This document shows, piece after piece, positions 40,531-40,708 of a DNA stretch of 40,708 nt. The stretch is from Przondovirus NAN33P2. How positions within the stretch are numbered: the stretch's first letter is position 1; each line of letters begins with the position of its first letter. The position numbers and the translations under genes were made by a program. The notes under the pieces are model-generated. The model ran no database searches. It had not been told where the DNA came from and was given only the letters and a program-made list of their open reading frames with translations. The stretch lies in sequence record OZ035820.1. One strand, 5' to 3'.

Positions 40531-40708
40531 ATGTTGTCCCTAGACTTCAACAACGAAGTTATCAAGGCGGCTCCCATTGCGGGGGTCGCTGGGGCCGATG
40601 GCGTAGCGAGGCTCTTCTGGGGCCTCTCACTCAACGAGTGGTTCTACGTCGCGGCAATCGCCTACACAGTGGTTCAGATTGGTGCCAAGGTAGTCGATAA
40701 AATCATTG
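40531..40708 (+). CDS. gp17.5: Holin (class II), 5' portion; continues at 1..26
   Basis: MLSLDFNNE.IKAAPI...RLF.GLSLNEWFYVAAIAYTVVQIGAKVVDK matches recalled T7 gp17.5; TAAGGAGG RBS; joined product is 67 aa. Confidence 0.85.
   Translation, partial: MLSLDFNNEVIKAAPIAGVAGADGVARLFWGLSLNEWFYVAAIAYTVVQIGAKVVDKII

Overview
The window reads as a complete, circularly closed genome (40,708 bp) of a T7-like podophage (Autographiviridae, Studiervirinae), with every convincing gene on the + strand in canonical T7 order. The window end joins its start inside holin gene 17.5: the reading frame continues ...DKII|DWKKANKE* across the junction. From the start the order is gene 18, spanins 18.5/18.7, terminase 19, phiOR, the terminal-repeat region, phiOL and host-type early promoters, then 0.3 SAM lyase, 0.7 kinase, RNA polymerase, ligase, the replication genes, the structural genes 6.5 to 16, and two tailspike genes. 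Thirteen copies of a phage promoter (consensus AATTAGGTAGCACTATAGGGAGA), five copies of an RNase III-type hairpin family, the Tphi terminator and a -1 frameshift site in the capsid gene were found. A 906-aa polymerase, a T3-type SAM lyase, a K11-like promoter and two beta-helix tailspikes suggest a K11/KP32-like phage of an encapsulated host such as Klebsiella; that is inference from recalled sequences, not a database result. The items most worth follow-up are an unassigned 187-aa membrane-anchored coiled-coil gene between gene 1 and gene 1.1, the dual tailspike module, an Ig-like domain added to the capsid by frameshifting, and an Endo VII-type HNH gene overlapping the DNA polymerase start. 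No tRNA, CRISPR array, integrase or transposon was seen.
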